Source: an uncultured Gemmatimonadaceae bacterium | Lineage (GTDB): Bacteria > Gemmatimonadota > Gemmatimonadetes > Gemmatimonadales > Gemmatimonadaceae | Assembly: GCA_963740355.1 (NCBI GenBank) | Contig: CAVUDW010000002.1 | Coordinates: 2,336,001-2,400,000 of the forward strand | Length of the DNA stretch: 64,000 nt | Direction: 5' to 3' | Shown here: piece by piece, positions 38,109 to 47,816 of the stretch | Layout of the letters: the number at the start of each line of letters is the position of its first letter | Position numbering within the stretch: position 1 is the first letter of the stretch | The notes under the pieces: generated by a model | The model's database searches: none | Told to the model about the DNA's origin: nothing | The model's input: only the letters and a program-made list of their open reading frames with translations | Program-made: the position numbers and the translations under genes

Positions 38109-39471
38109 GTTGTCGGCGATTGATTTCGCCCTTGGATGTGCGCACCCAGGTGTCGACGCCGACACACACGGTGCTTCGCAGATACGCATCGAGGCCACCC
38201 AATACGGCTCGAATCTCGTCGTGGGCGACCGGCAAGGCGTCGTGTGTCGAGTACAGCACCTGCAGCGAGACGCCGTCATCGGCAGGGGCCACGACGACCT
38301 CGGTGAGCCGCGCGACGCGTTGCCGAAGCGCCGCCTCGATACGCGGTGCGTCGACCAGTTTCCCGTTCGCGAGCTTGAACGACAGCGTGGCACGACCGAG
38401 CAGCGTGTAGGCACCGTGCTCGAACGCGACGAGATCGTCCGTCCGCTGCCACCGGGGCGCCGCAAGTGCATGGAACGCCCCGTTCTCCCAGACCCCCTCG
38501 CAGGCATTCGGCCCTCGGAAGGCGAGCACTCCGTCCTCATCGATCCGCACGTCACAGCCGATCGGTCGGCCCAGGAATGCAGCGTGAAACTCGCCCGGCT
38601 GACCGAGCATGATCCCGGGGCTCGCTTCTGTCTGCCCATAGCCGATGCGCAGCCGAGTGCCCGACAACGTGGCCGCGAGCGTGGCGTCGATTGGCGCTCC
38701 GCCAATCAGGCCTCCCTCCAGCGCGCGAAGGAGATTCAAGCCGGCATCGCTGGCAGCCACCCGACGCGCGATCAACGGTACCATGCTGATGTTGGTCACA
38801 GCCTGTTCGCGGGCCGTCGCGATCATCGCGTCGGTACTGCGCGCTGCATCACGTGCGATCACGATACGTCTGGCGCGAAGCAGCGCGGGCATCAGGCCGA
38901 GCACGAGTCCAAACGTGTGTGACCACGGCAGGACGCAGAACACGCTGCCGCCGTCGACGGCCAGATGCGGAAGATGGCTGTTGAGCACCGACAACACGCC
39001 AGCCTCCGACAGCGCGAACCAGCGCGGCGTCCCTGCCGTCCCTGAACTCCGCATCAGGAGGGCGATCGCGTCGGTGCGCTGCGAAGTGGTGCGCGGCTGC
39101 ATCGGCCCGCCTGGTGGCCCGCCCGTGCGGGAGGGGACGGCGACGTTCTGGTGTGCCGAGGTCGCGGCAATGGCAATCCTGGCATCGAGCGTCTCGAGCA
39201 ACGGCGCCACCTCTTCGCCTTCCGGCACAGGCACCAATGTCAGGCCGTCGGCCAGCGAGGCCACCAGCAGCTGCGCAAACGCGGCGCCGTTCGGGAGCGC
39301 GCAGATCACACGGTCCCCGCGCGTGATGCCAGCGCGCCGCAGGGCCCGCGACCAGTCATTGGCACCATGATGCAACGCGGTCGCCGACCACCGAACGCCA
39401 TCCGCGATCAACTCCGCGGTGCCGCACGTATCGAAGAGCTCCTGGAGTGCGGAGTTCCCGGTCATCCTCAT
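38098..39471 (-). CDS. AMP-binding (ANL family) acyl-CoA synthetase-like protein
   Basis: RSSGTAGTPR P-loop, LPWSHTFG, GGAP, GYGQTE, RTDDL. Confidence 0.85.
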   Translation of the reverse strand: MRMTGNSALQELFDTCGTAELIADGVRWSATALHHGANDWSRALRRAGITRGDRVICALPNGAAFAQLLVASLADGLTLVPVPEGEEVAPLLETLDARIAIAATSAHQNVAVPSRTGGPPGGPMQPRTTSQRTDAIALLMRSSGTAGTPRWFALSEAGVLSVLNSHLPHLAVDGGSVFCVLPWSHTFGLVLGLMPALLRARRIVIARDAARSTDAMIATAREQAVTNISMVPLIARRVAASDAGLNLLRALEGGLIGGAPIDATLAATLSGTRLRIGYGQTEASPGIMLGQPGEFHAAFLGRPIGCDVRIDEDGVLAFRGPNACEGVWENGAFHALAAPRWQRTDDLVAFEHGAYTLLGRATLSFKLANGKLVDAPRIEAALRQRVARLTEVVVAPADDGVSLQVLYSTHDALPVAHDEIRAVLGGLDAYLRSTVCVGVDTWVRTSKGEINRRQLPS

Positions 39472-39535
39472 CCGTCACGCATCCCGACGATCATCTCGGA
39501 ACGTACTGCCGCGGACGCGAGGACAGCAGGATACA

Positions 39536-40465
39536 TCACCGCCCCGTGGACCAGAGCTGGGGCAACTGTGCGACGTCGAGCGGCGTCGGTGTGGCTTGCA
39601 ACCCGCCAAGCCACGCGGCTTCGCCCAGCACGCGCTGTGCGGTCCATCCCGCCGCACGGAGCGCGGCGATCGAGGTGTCCCCTTTCGATTTGCTCAGTTT
39701 CGTGCCATCGGGGTGCCGCACCAGTGGATGATGGAGCACAAGGGGTGGAGCTGAACCGTCGAGCGCTCGGCGCAGGAGCACCTGTCGACCGGTAGATGGC
39801 AACAGATCATCACCCCTGATGATCACATCCACGCCGTGCGCCATGTCGTCGACGACGACCGCGAACTGATACGTCCACTGTGCAAGCCGGTCGCGAAGCA
39901 GGAGATCGCCGCACTGACTGGCCGGTACCTGCTGCTGCGGGCCGTGCCGAAGGTCGTCGAACTCCACCGCCACGTCAGGCAGCACGAGCCGACGCGCGGG
40001 TGTCTCCGACAGCGGGACATTCGCGTCGCGACAGGTGCCGGGATACCGAAGCTCCGAGTCGCTCGTGCCGTGCGCTGCAATCTCGCGGCGGGAACAGCGG
40101 CAGGCATAGACGAAACTCGTGCGACTCAGCGCCGCCAACGCTGATGCATAGTGTTGCGCCCGCTCCGACTGTCGCACGGGATCGGCAATGCCGTGCGCGG
40201 CATTGTCGCTCTCGAGCCCAAGCCAGTCGAGATCCTCGAGAATGCCTGCGGCAAAGGTGGCTCTCGATCGCTGGGTGTCATGGTCCTCGATGCGCAGCAG
40301 CACGCTGCCGCCGAACGCCTTCGCCACGCTCCAGACGTACACCGCGTTCACGGCGTGGCCGAGATGGAGCTGGCCGGTCGGCGCCGGCGCGAATCGTGTG
40401 CGCCACCGCGTCGGCAGCCGCGTGGCCAGTCGCGCTCGAAGCGCCGTACGATCAGCTTCAGTCAT
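39536..40465 (-). CDS. gluQ: Glutamyl-Q tRNA(Asp) synthetase
   Basis: RFAPAPTG.LHLGH, LRIEDHD, Y.C.CSR, YPGTCR, YQFAVVVDD, RGDDLL, KLSKS; no anticodon-binding domain. Confidence 0.9.
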   Translation of the reverse strand: MTEADRTALRARLATRLPTRWRTRFAPAPTGQLHLGHAVNAVYVWSVAKAFGGSVLLRIEDHDTQRSRATFAAGILEDLDWLGLESDNAAHGIADPVRQSERAQHYASALAALSRTSFVYACRCSRREIAAHGTSDSELRYPGTCRDANVPLSETPARRLVLPDVAVEFDDLRHGPQQQVPASQCGDLLLRDRLAQWTYQFAVVVDDMAHGVDVIIRGDDLLPSTGRQVLLRRALDGSAPPLVLHHPLVRHPDGTKLSKSKGDTSIAALRAAGWTAQRVLGEAAWLGGLQATPTPLDVAQLPQLWSTGR

Positions 40466-40535
40466 GGCAGAAGTCACTGCGCGCGAATCTGCGCCAGTGA
40501 GGCAGCCGCCACAATGGTCTCCTCAGCCCCAGGTC

Positions 40536-41147
40536 ATGGCGTACGACAAGGCATACTTCGACAAGTGGTACCGCAGTCGTCAACATCGAGTCCGCAGCCC
40601 GGCGCAGATTCGCCGGATCGTGAATTTCACCGTCAGCGCTGCCGAGTACGTCCTCGATCGCCCCATCCGCACCGTGCTCGATGTTGGCGCCGGCGAGGGG
40701 CATTGGCAGCCGATCCTGAAGGCGATGCGGCCGCGACTGACGTACGTCGGCGTCGAACCCAGTCGGTACGCGGTCGATCGGTTCGGCAAGCGCCGCGGAC
40801 TGCGACTCGGCTCCGTGGAATCACTCGATGCGTTGCACTTGCACGAGCAATATCCCGAGGGGTTCGATCTGGTGGTCTGCTGCGGCGTGCTGAACTACGT
40901 GCCGAACCCTCTCATTGGATCGGCGCTCGAAATGCTGCAGGTGCATACCAGTGGCTTGGCCTGGCTCGAGATCTTCACCCAGCACGATGAAATCGAGGGG
41001 GATGTTGCAGCGCTCAAGCCGCGGCCTGCGTCATGGTATCGTGGCCAGTTCGAGCGCGCCGGCCTCGTGCCATGTGGGTTGCATCTGTACGCACCACGCG
41101 ATCGTGCGGCAGGCCTGACGGCGCTCGAGACTGGCCGCATCAGCTGA
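40536..41147 (+). CDS. Class I SAM-dependent methyltransferase
   Basis: YDKAYFDKWY, VLDVGAGEG, FDLVVC.GVLNY. Confidence 0.85.
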   Translation: MAYDKAYFDKWYRSRQHRVRSPAQIRRIVNFTVSAAEYVLDRPIRTVLDVGAGEGHWQPILKAMRPRLTYVGVEPSRYAVDRFGKRRGLRLGSVESLDALHLHEQYPEGFDLVVCCGVLNYVPNPLIGSALEMLQVHTSGLAWLEIFTQHDEIEGDVAALKPRPASWYRGQFERAGLVPCGLHLYAPRDRAAGLTALETGRIS

Positions 41148-41210
41148 CCGACGCACCGTTTGCTGTCCGTTCATTTTCTGTTGTCCGTCCCACTTTGCGC
41201 CCCGTCTCAC

Positions 41211-44200
41211 ATGCGCTCGATATTGCTCGCCCTGACCGTGTTCTCTGCGACGACCATTGGTATGGCGCCGTCGCTTTCCGCGCAGTCGGTCGATTCGACG
41301 ATGTTCCAACAGCTGCGGTGGCGAAACATCGGGCCACATCGTGGCGGACGCACGGTTGGCGCGGCGGGCGTTCCCCAGCGGCCCGGTTGGTTCTACATCG
41401 GCGTGAACAATGGTGGCGTCTGGCGCACGACCGACTATGGCAGAGTCTGGACGCCGATCTTCGATGACCAGCCGACCGGCTCTATCGGTGACATAGCGGT
41501 CGCACCATCCAACCCGGATGTGCTTTGGGTTGGCAGCGGGGAAGGGCTGCAGCGCCCGGATCTATCCACCGGCGACGGAGTGTATCGGTCGGAAGATGGT
41601 GGACGCAGTTGGGTCAATACCGGACTGCGTGACGCGCAGCAGATCGCGCGTGTCGTCGTGCACCCAACTGATCCGCGTCGTGTCTTCGTGGCGGCGCTGG
41701 GCCACCCGTATGGGCCCAATACCGAGCGTGGCATCTTCCGCACGCAGGACAATGGCGCGACCTGGGAACGCGTGCTCTATCTGGATGAAAACACCGGCGG
41801 CATCGATCTCGCGCTCGAACCCGGCAATCCGTCGGTCGTCTACGCAGTGCTCTGGTCCGCGCGGCAGGCGCCGTGGGAGGTCGGTTCGTCCTGGACGAAA
41901 TCGTCACAGAATGGACTGTACAAGAGCAGCGATGGCGGGACGACATGGCGCAAGATCGGCAATGGGCTGCCGTCGGCGGCCGACGGCCTTGGTCGCATCG
42001 GCATCTCGACGTCGGACAGTCGACCGAATCGCCTCTATGCAGTCGTCGGGAGTCGTGTGAAGAGCGGGATCTATCGATCCGACGATGCAGGCGAGAACTG
42101 GACGATGGTGAATGCCGATCGTCGCCTCTGGGAGCGGGATGGCGACTTCAACGAGATTCGTGCCGATCCGTCGAACGCAGACGTGGCCTACATCGCAAAC
42201 GTCGTCACGTGGAAGACCACGGATGGCGGCGCCACCTTCACGGCGATGCGCGGTGCACCGGGTGGTGATGACTATCACCGCATCTGGGTGCACCCCACCG
42301 ATCCGCGACAGTTGCTCATTACCAGCGACCAGGGGGCGATCATCACCGTCAATGGTGGTGAGACCTTCAGCAGTTGGTACAACCAGCCTACCGCACAGCT
42401 CTATCACGTGAGCGCTGACAATGCCTTCCCGTATCGGGTCTGCGGCGGACAGCAGGAGTCTGGCTCGGCCTGTGTTGCGAGCCGCGGCCGGTATGGGCAG
42501 CTCTCGCTGCGTGACTGGACGCCGGTCGGCGTCGAGGAATACGGCTACGCGGTGGCTGATCCGAAGGACCCGGAGATCGTGTACGGTGGCAAGGTGACCC
42601 GGTTCAATCGCCGGACGGGACAGGTGCAACAGGTCGGCCCCAAGCCGCTGCGTGAACCGGGGTATCGGGTTGTGCGTACCGCGCCAGTCGTGTTCTCCGA
42701 GTACGACTCGACGACACTCTATTTCGCGTCGAACGTGCTCTGGTCGACGCGGAACGGTGGCCGCACCTGGGCACAGCGCTCGCCAGACCTGACGCGCCCT
42801 CGCACGACGGTTCCCGGAAACCTTGGCGTGTTCACGGCAGATGATCCGGAGAAGGGCGCCCATCGCGGTGTCATCTACACCATCGCGCCATCACCACGTG
42901 ATCCGCGCGTCGTGTGGGTCGGCACCGACGATGGGCTGATTCACGTCACCAGCGACAGTGGGAAGACCTGGCGTGACGTGACACCACCGCAACTCACGCC
43001 GTGGTCGAAGATCTCGATCATCGATGCCTCGCACTTCGACGCGAACGTGGCATACGCCGCAGTGAATACCTTCCGGCTCGATGACCTGCGCGCGCAGATT
43101 TTCCGCACGCGCGACAAGGGGCGGACATGGGAACGTGTAGTGACTGGAATCCCGGACGGCGGCATCGTCAACGTGGTGCGCGAAGATCCCGTGCGGCGCG
43201 GCTTGCTATTCGCAGGCACGGAGCGCGCCGTGTACATGACGCTCGACGACGGCGCGCATTGGCAGTCACTGCGTCGTAACATGCCCGCAACATCGATTCG
43301 CGATCTCGTAGTGAAGGACGAAGACCTCGTCGTCGCGACGCACGGCCGCTCGTACTGGATTCTCGACGGCATCGCGTCGTTGCGCCGAATGCCGCTCACT
43401 GGACCGACGGCCCCCGCGCTCTACCCGAGCGAGTTTGCGTGGCGGGTGCGCTGGAATCTCAACACCGACACCCCGATCCCGCAGGAAGAGCCGGCAGGGC
43501 AGAACGCCCCCGAGGGTGTTGCGCTGGACTACACGCTGCCCGCAGCGGCGCAGCGCGTTCAGATCGATATTCTCGATGCCGGCGGTGAGCTGGTCAGGCG
43601 ATACACGAGTGCGGACGCGATCGCCCCGCCTCTCCCGGACCGCAACATCCCCGACTACTGGATCAGGCCTCCGACGGTCGTGAGCTCGGCCGCTGGCAGC
43701 CATCGGCTCTACTGGGACATGCGATTTGCACCCTCGTCCAACGCCGACCTCAGCTATCCGATCGCTGCAGTGCTTCACGACACGCCGGCCGATCCGCGTG
43801 GCGCAATGGCTCCGCCCGGTTCGTACCGAGTGCGGTTGACGGTCGACGGCGTCACGATCGAACGTCCGTTGCGGCTGCGGGCCGACCCAATGCTTCGCGT
43901 GAGCGAGGCCACCCTTCGCGCGCAGGGTCGCCTGGCGCGCACTCTCAGTGATGGGCTCACCCGTGCGGGATCGGCTCTTGCACAGCTGGCTGACGTCCGG
44001 AAGGCAATTGCTGCTCGTCAGGCCACGAACAAGGCCGTTGGGGTGCTCAGCCGTCTCGACTCGCTCACGCGGGCGGTGGAGGGCGGGAACAACGGCATTG
44101 CCCCAGCCGCTCGACTGCTACCGGAACTCCAGCAGCTGTTCGAGCAGGTGGATTCGGTGGATGAGTTGCCGACTACAGCGGTCTCTGCCGCAGTCAAGGA

Positions 44201-44324
44201 ACGTTTGGCGAGGATGGCGGCGCTCGAAAGTGGCGTCGCCGCGCTTCAAAAGGTTATCAATCGTGAGATCAATCCGTCTCTCAGGGAGGCGGGGCTCGAC
44301 CCGATCGGCTCGACGAACCGCTGA
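41211..44324 (+). CDS. Secreted BNR/Asp-box (VPS10 / GH74-like) beta-propeller protein
   Basis: Signal peptide, WRNIGP.RGGR, many S.DGG.TW Asp-boxes, ATHGRS.WILD. Confidence 0.88.
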   Translation: MRSILLALTVFSATTIGMAPSLSAQSVDSTMFQQLRWRNIGPHRGGRTVGAAGVPQRPGWFYIGVNNGGVWRTTDYGRVWTPIFDDQPTGSIGDIAVAPSNPDVLWVGSGEGLQRPDLSTGDGVYRSEDGGRSWVNTGLRDAQQIARVVVHPTDPRRVFVAALGHPYGPNTERGIFRTQDNGATWERVLYLDENTGGIDLALEPGNPSVVYAVLWSARQAPWEVGSSWTKSSQNGLYKSSDGGTTWRKIGNGLPSAADGLGRIGISTSDSRPNRLYAVVGSRVKSGIYRSDDAGENWTMVNADRRLWERDGDFNEIRADPSNADVAYIANVVTWKTTDGGATFTAMRGAPGGDDYHRIWVHPTDPRQLLITSDQGAIITVNGGETFSSWYNQPTAQLYHVSADNAFPYRVCGGQQESGSACVASRGRYGQLSLRDWTPVGVEEYGYAVADPKDPEIVYGGKVTRFNRRTGQVQQVGPKPLREPGYRVVRTAPVVFSEYDSTTLYFASNVLWSTRNGGRTWAQRSPDLTRPRTTVPGNLGVFTADDPEKGAHRGVIYTIAPSPRDPRVVWVGTDDGLIHVTSDSGKTWRDVTPPQLTPWSKISIIDASHFDANVAYAAVNTFRLDDLRAQIFRTRDKGRTWERVVTGIPDGGIVNVVREDPVRRGLLFAGTERAVYMTLDDGAHWQSLRRNMPATSIRDLVVKDEDLVVATHGRSYWILDGIASLRRMPLTGPTAPALYPSEFAWRVRWNLNTDTPIPQEEPAGQNAPEGVALDYTLPAAAQRVQIDILDAGGELVRRYTSADAIAPPLPDRNIPDYWIRPPTVVSSAAGSHRLYWDMRFAPSSNADLSYPIAAVLHDTPADPRGAMAPPGSYRVRLTVDGVTIERPLRLRADPMLRVSEATLRAQGRLARTLSDGLTRAGSALAQLADVRKAIAARQATNKAVGVLSRLDSLTRAVEGGNNGIAPAARLLPELQQLFEQVDSVDELPTTAVSAAVKERLARMAALESGVAALQKVINREINPSLREAGLDPIGSTNR

Positions 44325-44481
44325 GGCGGCTCTAAATTAGAAAGTTCTGATACTTTGCGCCGGTGGAAGTCGTCTGGTATTGGGCGGGGCATCCGCCAAG
44401 CTTTCGGCACTGGTCGATCGATCTGAGTGCCTCACTCCTTCCGTTGTACTGCACCGTGATTGCGACGTAGCGATCACAGGG

Positions 44482-45495
44482 ATGGATCCAGTGGGAATGG
44501 CAGCGCGATCCGATTACGACGCTCACGCCGGCTTTGTCGGTGCGGCGCGTCTCGCTTGGCAGGGGCCGCATCCCTGGCATCAGGGTGAGCGCGTGTGGAG
44601 CACGACGAACAGTCAACTCGATGTGTGGATCGAGCTGCTGCATACGCTCAACCTCGATCCGGCGCCTGTACTGCTGCCGACGCTTTGCGCCGACTTCGAG
44701 GGCGACCAGTGGACACACTCTACTGTCGCACCGGCCGATCTCTGGGCCTGCTACGGCATCGCTGTCGACGAGATGTTCGTGTGGCGTCCATTGCTGGCGC
44801 ACTTCGTCGAACAGCTCGACCGCGGTAACGCCGTGCTGGTCGAGGTCGATGAGTTCCACCTTCCTGACATGGTTGGCAGCAGCTACCAGCGCGCACACTG
44901 CAAGACGGTGATCGCGGTGACCGGCTACGACCGTAACGCGCACCGGTTGCGATACCTGCACGGTGCCGGTGGTGCCGAAGTCGACGGGGACGATCTCGAC
45001 GCGCTGATCACGGCGGGCATTGGCAGCGCCCAGCTGGCGCCGACCGCACGCATCGTGAAGCTGGATCGGCTTGCCCCACGGACGGATGCAGAACGGGCGG
45101 TTCTTGGAGTTGCACTCGCGCGCTTTCACGCCACTCGACTTCCAGTGCGTAATCCGGTGCGCGCCTTCGCCGACGCGCTCCGCGCGCATGGTGCCTGGTT
45201 GGCCGGTGGCGATGCGGAGCACTACCAGAAATGGGCCTTCGCGACGCTGCAGCAATGCGGTGCGGCGTTCGAGCTCAGTGCGGATGTCTGCGCCTGGCTG
45301 GCGAAGCATGGCGAGCCAGTCGAGGGTGCTGTCGCGCCGCTGCGTGCCGTGTCGCAGTCGGCGCGGGTGCTGCACCAGCGTCTCGTGCGCGTGTCACAGT
45401 CAGGGCGCATGCCCGATGTCTCGGCGACCACCGACGACATGGCGCGCGCCTGGGATGATGCGATGGCAATCCTGCGACCGCGCTACGCCGACTGA
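44482..45495 (+). CDS. DUF1839 family protein
   Basis: TN..D.WIELLH.L.LDP, DFEGDQWT, LVEVD.F.LPD..G.SY...H.KT.I, FATL.QCGAAFEL. Confidence 0.75.
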   Translation: MDPVGMAARSDYDAHAGFVGAARLAWQGPHPWHQGERVWSTTNSQLDVWIELLHTLNLDPAPVLLPTLCADFEGDQWTHSTVAPADLWACYGIAVDEMFVWRPLLAHFVEQLDRGNAVLVEVDEFHLPDMVGSSYQRAHCKTVIAVTGYDRNAHRLRYLHGAGGAEVDGDDLDALITAGIGSAQLAPTARIVKLDRLAPRTDAERAVLGVALARFHATRLPVRNPVRAFADALRAHGAWLAGGDAEHYQKWAFATLQQCGAAFELSADVCAWLAKHGEPVEGAVAPLRAVSQSARVLHQRLVRVSQSGRMPDVSATTDDMARAWDDAMAILRPRYAD

Positions 45496-46043
45496 TCGCG
45501 CACGTGACTGAAGGGCGTCAGTCGGCTCCAGTCGAGCTGCCGCTGTCGCACTGAAAAGCGCTGTGCACAGGCGGCAAGCGCAACATCTGCCACGGATTCG
45601 CTTCCGGCGGCGCAGTGAATCCAAAGAAGGGCGTGCCCGTCTGATGCGCTCAAAGCGACGCTGGTCGGCGACCCGAAACGAACTGTCGCGCGCGGGACAC
45701 GGTCATCCGAAGCCGCATCGACGAGGGCTGTAAGCGGCGCGACCTCAGCAGGCGTGACGCCGATCAGGCGCGACAACAACGATGGCTTCGCGCTCGACGC
45801 GACCCGATCCGCCGGACCCGCGACCGATTCGATTGTGCGCAGAAGTTCGTCGCACAATGCTGTGAAATCTTCGTCCCATCGGGCATCGGTGTCGCCAAAC
45901 TCATCGAAGCCCGCCTCCGACATGCACACGTCGGCATTCACCGGTGTCGGCCAGATGACGATGCAACGCGTCGCCAGCATCGCGTCCATTGGTGCGACGT
46001 CCAGCGGCACGTCATCCCAGTAGACGGCTGTGATCTCGCTCAC
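45483..46043 (-). CDS. Hypothetical protein (about 186 aa)
   Basis: Long ORF continuing the aminotransferase operon; no recognisable motif. Confidence 0.5.
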   Translation of the reverse strand: MSEITAVYWDDVPLDVAPMDAMLATRCIVIWPTPVNADVCMSEAGFDEFGDTDARWDEDFTALCDELLRTIESVAGPADRVASSAKPSLLSRLIGVTPAEVAPLTALVDAASDDRVPRATVRFGSPTSVALSASDGHALLWIHCAAGSESVADVALAACAQRFSVRQRQLDWSRLTPFSHVRDQSA

Positions 46044-46068
46044 GCTACGACCGTCGTCGCGACGGGGA

Positions 46069-47169
46069 TCACCGTCCGAGCTGACGGGCGAGCACACGGC
46101 GCACCGCTGCCAGGCAGCCCGCGAGTCCGGTGACCGTATGATCGCCCATGTGCCCGATTCGGATCGTCTTCTCGCGAAGCGGACCGTATCCAGCGCCGAT
46201 GACATAGCCTTCATCGGCCACGCCGGCCGCAACGGTGCTGCCCTTCAGTGCGGGTGGCAGCGTGATGCAGGTCACGGTTGGTGAACGGCCGGACGCTGGA
46301 GCGAGGACGCCGAAATCCGGGTCGAACTCGTCGCGCAAGGTCGATGCCCACTCCAGCGTCAACGCCTGCATCTGCCGATGGCGATCCCACCGTTGCTCGA
46401 TGCCTTCCGCCGCAATCGCCTCGACCTGCGCCGCCAGCGCGTAAAAGAGCGAGATGGCCGGCGTGTTCGGCGTCTGGTTCTTCACCGCGTACTTCTCGAA
46501 TTCCACGAGATCGAAGTAGGTGCCGCGATCAACGTTGTCTGCCGCTGCAGCGATGAACGATGCACTCGCAACACCGAGCGCGAGGCCAGGCGGCAGTGCC
46601 AGCGCCTTCTGCGATCCGGTGAACGCAAAGTCGAGCTGCCATGCGTCGGTCTCGAGTGGTGCGCCCGCGAGGCCAGTCACACTGTCCACCAGTATCACAC
46701 CCCCGCCGGCGTGGACCGCGCGAGCAATGCTCTCGATGTCATTCATCGCGCCGGTGGAAGTTTCGGAATGCGTCAGCGTCACCACGCGTGCACCAGTCGA
46801 TTCCATCAATTGCGCGACCTGCTCGGCCGTGTGATGCAAACCGAGCGGGATGTCATCGCGAACTACGTCCCGCCCACAGCTCGAGGCCACCTGTGCGAAC
46901 CGTTCGGAAAAGGCGCCATTCACCAGCGACAGCACGCGACCTGCAGGTGCGCAGCGAATGGCGCCCTCCATCAGTCCCGTCGCGGACGCCGATGCGATGT
47001 AGACGGGGCGCGTTGTCCGGAAGATCGTTCGCAGCCCCGCATCGCAGCGAGCGTAAATTGACTCGAAGGCGGCGCCGCGATGCGGCAGCATGGGACGCGT
47101 CAACTCTGCCAGAATCTCCGGACGTACTTCCGTTGGTCCGGGGAGAAAAAAGGTGCCGTCTGTCAGCAT
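46069..47169 (-). CDS. Class V PLP aminotransferase (alanine-glyoxylate / serine / phosphoserine type)
   Basis: FLPGPT, S.TG.MEG, NGAFSERF, HSETSTG, VDSV, GSQKALALPPG, RIGHMG. Confidence 0.9.
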   Translation of the reverse strand: MLTDGTFFLPGPTEVRPEILAELTRPMLPHRGAAFESIYARCDAGLRTIFRTTRPVYIASASATGLMEGAIRCAPAGRVLSLVNGAFSERFAQVASSCGRDVVRDDIPLGLHHTAEQVAQLMESTGARVVTLTHSETSTGAMNDIESIARAVHAGGGVILVDSVTGLAGAPLETDAWQLDFAFTGSQKALALPPGLALGVASASFIAAAADNVDRGTYFDLVEFEKYAVKNQTPNTPAISLFYALAAQVEAIAAEGIEQRWDRHRQMQALTLEWASTLRDEFDPDFGVLAPASGRSPTVTCITLPPALKGSTVAAGVADEGYVIGAGYGPLREKTIRIGHMGDHTVTGLAGCLAAVRRVLARQLGR

Positions 47170-47816
47170 CAGGATCCGAGCACGATTGGAGTGAGCGATG
47201 CAAAGTCCGCAACTTCACCGGCGGCGCGCGCCACCACGGTCTCGCGACGCACGATCCCGGTGAACGCGAGGAATCGGTCCACCGTCGACACGAGTTCTGC
47301 ATCGGTTGCACCGTCGCCGACCGCAAGAACCGGCCGGGGCAGCGAGAGCGACTGGACCACGATGGGCTTCCCACCACGACGCGCCAGCGGCGAGTTTTCG
47401 CGGACCGCAGTGGCAAGATCGTCCGCGTCATACTCGACGTCCACGGCCCACACGTCACCGGGCTCGATCCCGAGCCACTCGGCGAGCGGAAGCAACGCGT
47501 CGCGCAATCCGCCACTGACCAGCACCACGCGTACGCCTGCCTGTCGCCACGAGCGCACGGCGGCCTGGACACCAGGCAGTGCCATGTCGATATACACGCG
47601 CGATAGTTCCAGGATTTCAGCGCGCGACGGTCGGATGATCTGGAGACGCCGGCCATACACTTCATCCAATGGCACGCGTGACTCCATGGCATCCGCGGTC
47701 AGCGCGGCAACGGTGCTCGCCACACGCTGATCACGTTGCTCAGCCAACCAATCGATGCCCTCGATGGCCGACACGGTCGAGTCGACATCGAGCACGACCG
47801 ACTTGAACTGCGTCAC
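47169..47816 (-). CDS. serB: HAD-IB phosphoserine phosphatase-like protein
   Basis: DVDST...EGID, LVSGG, VGDGATD. Confidence 0.8.
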   Translation of the reverse strand: MTQFKSVVLDVDSTVSAIEGIDWLAEQRDQRVASTVAALTADAMESRVPLDEVYGRRLQIIRPSRAEILELSRVYIDMALPGVQAAVRSWRQAGVRVVLVSGGLRDALLPLAEWLGIEPGDVWAVDVEYDADDLATAVRENSPLARRGGKPIVVQSLSLPRPVLAVGDGATDAELVSTVDRFLAFTGIVRRETVVARAAGEVADFASLTPIVLGS

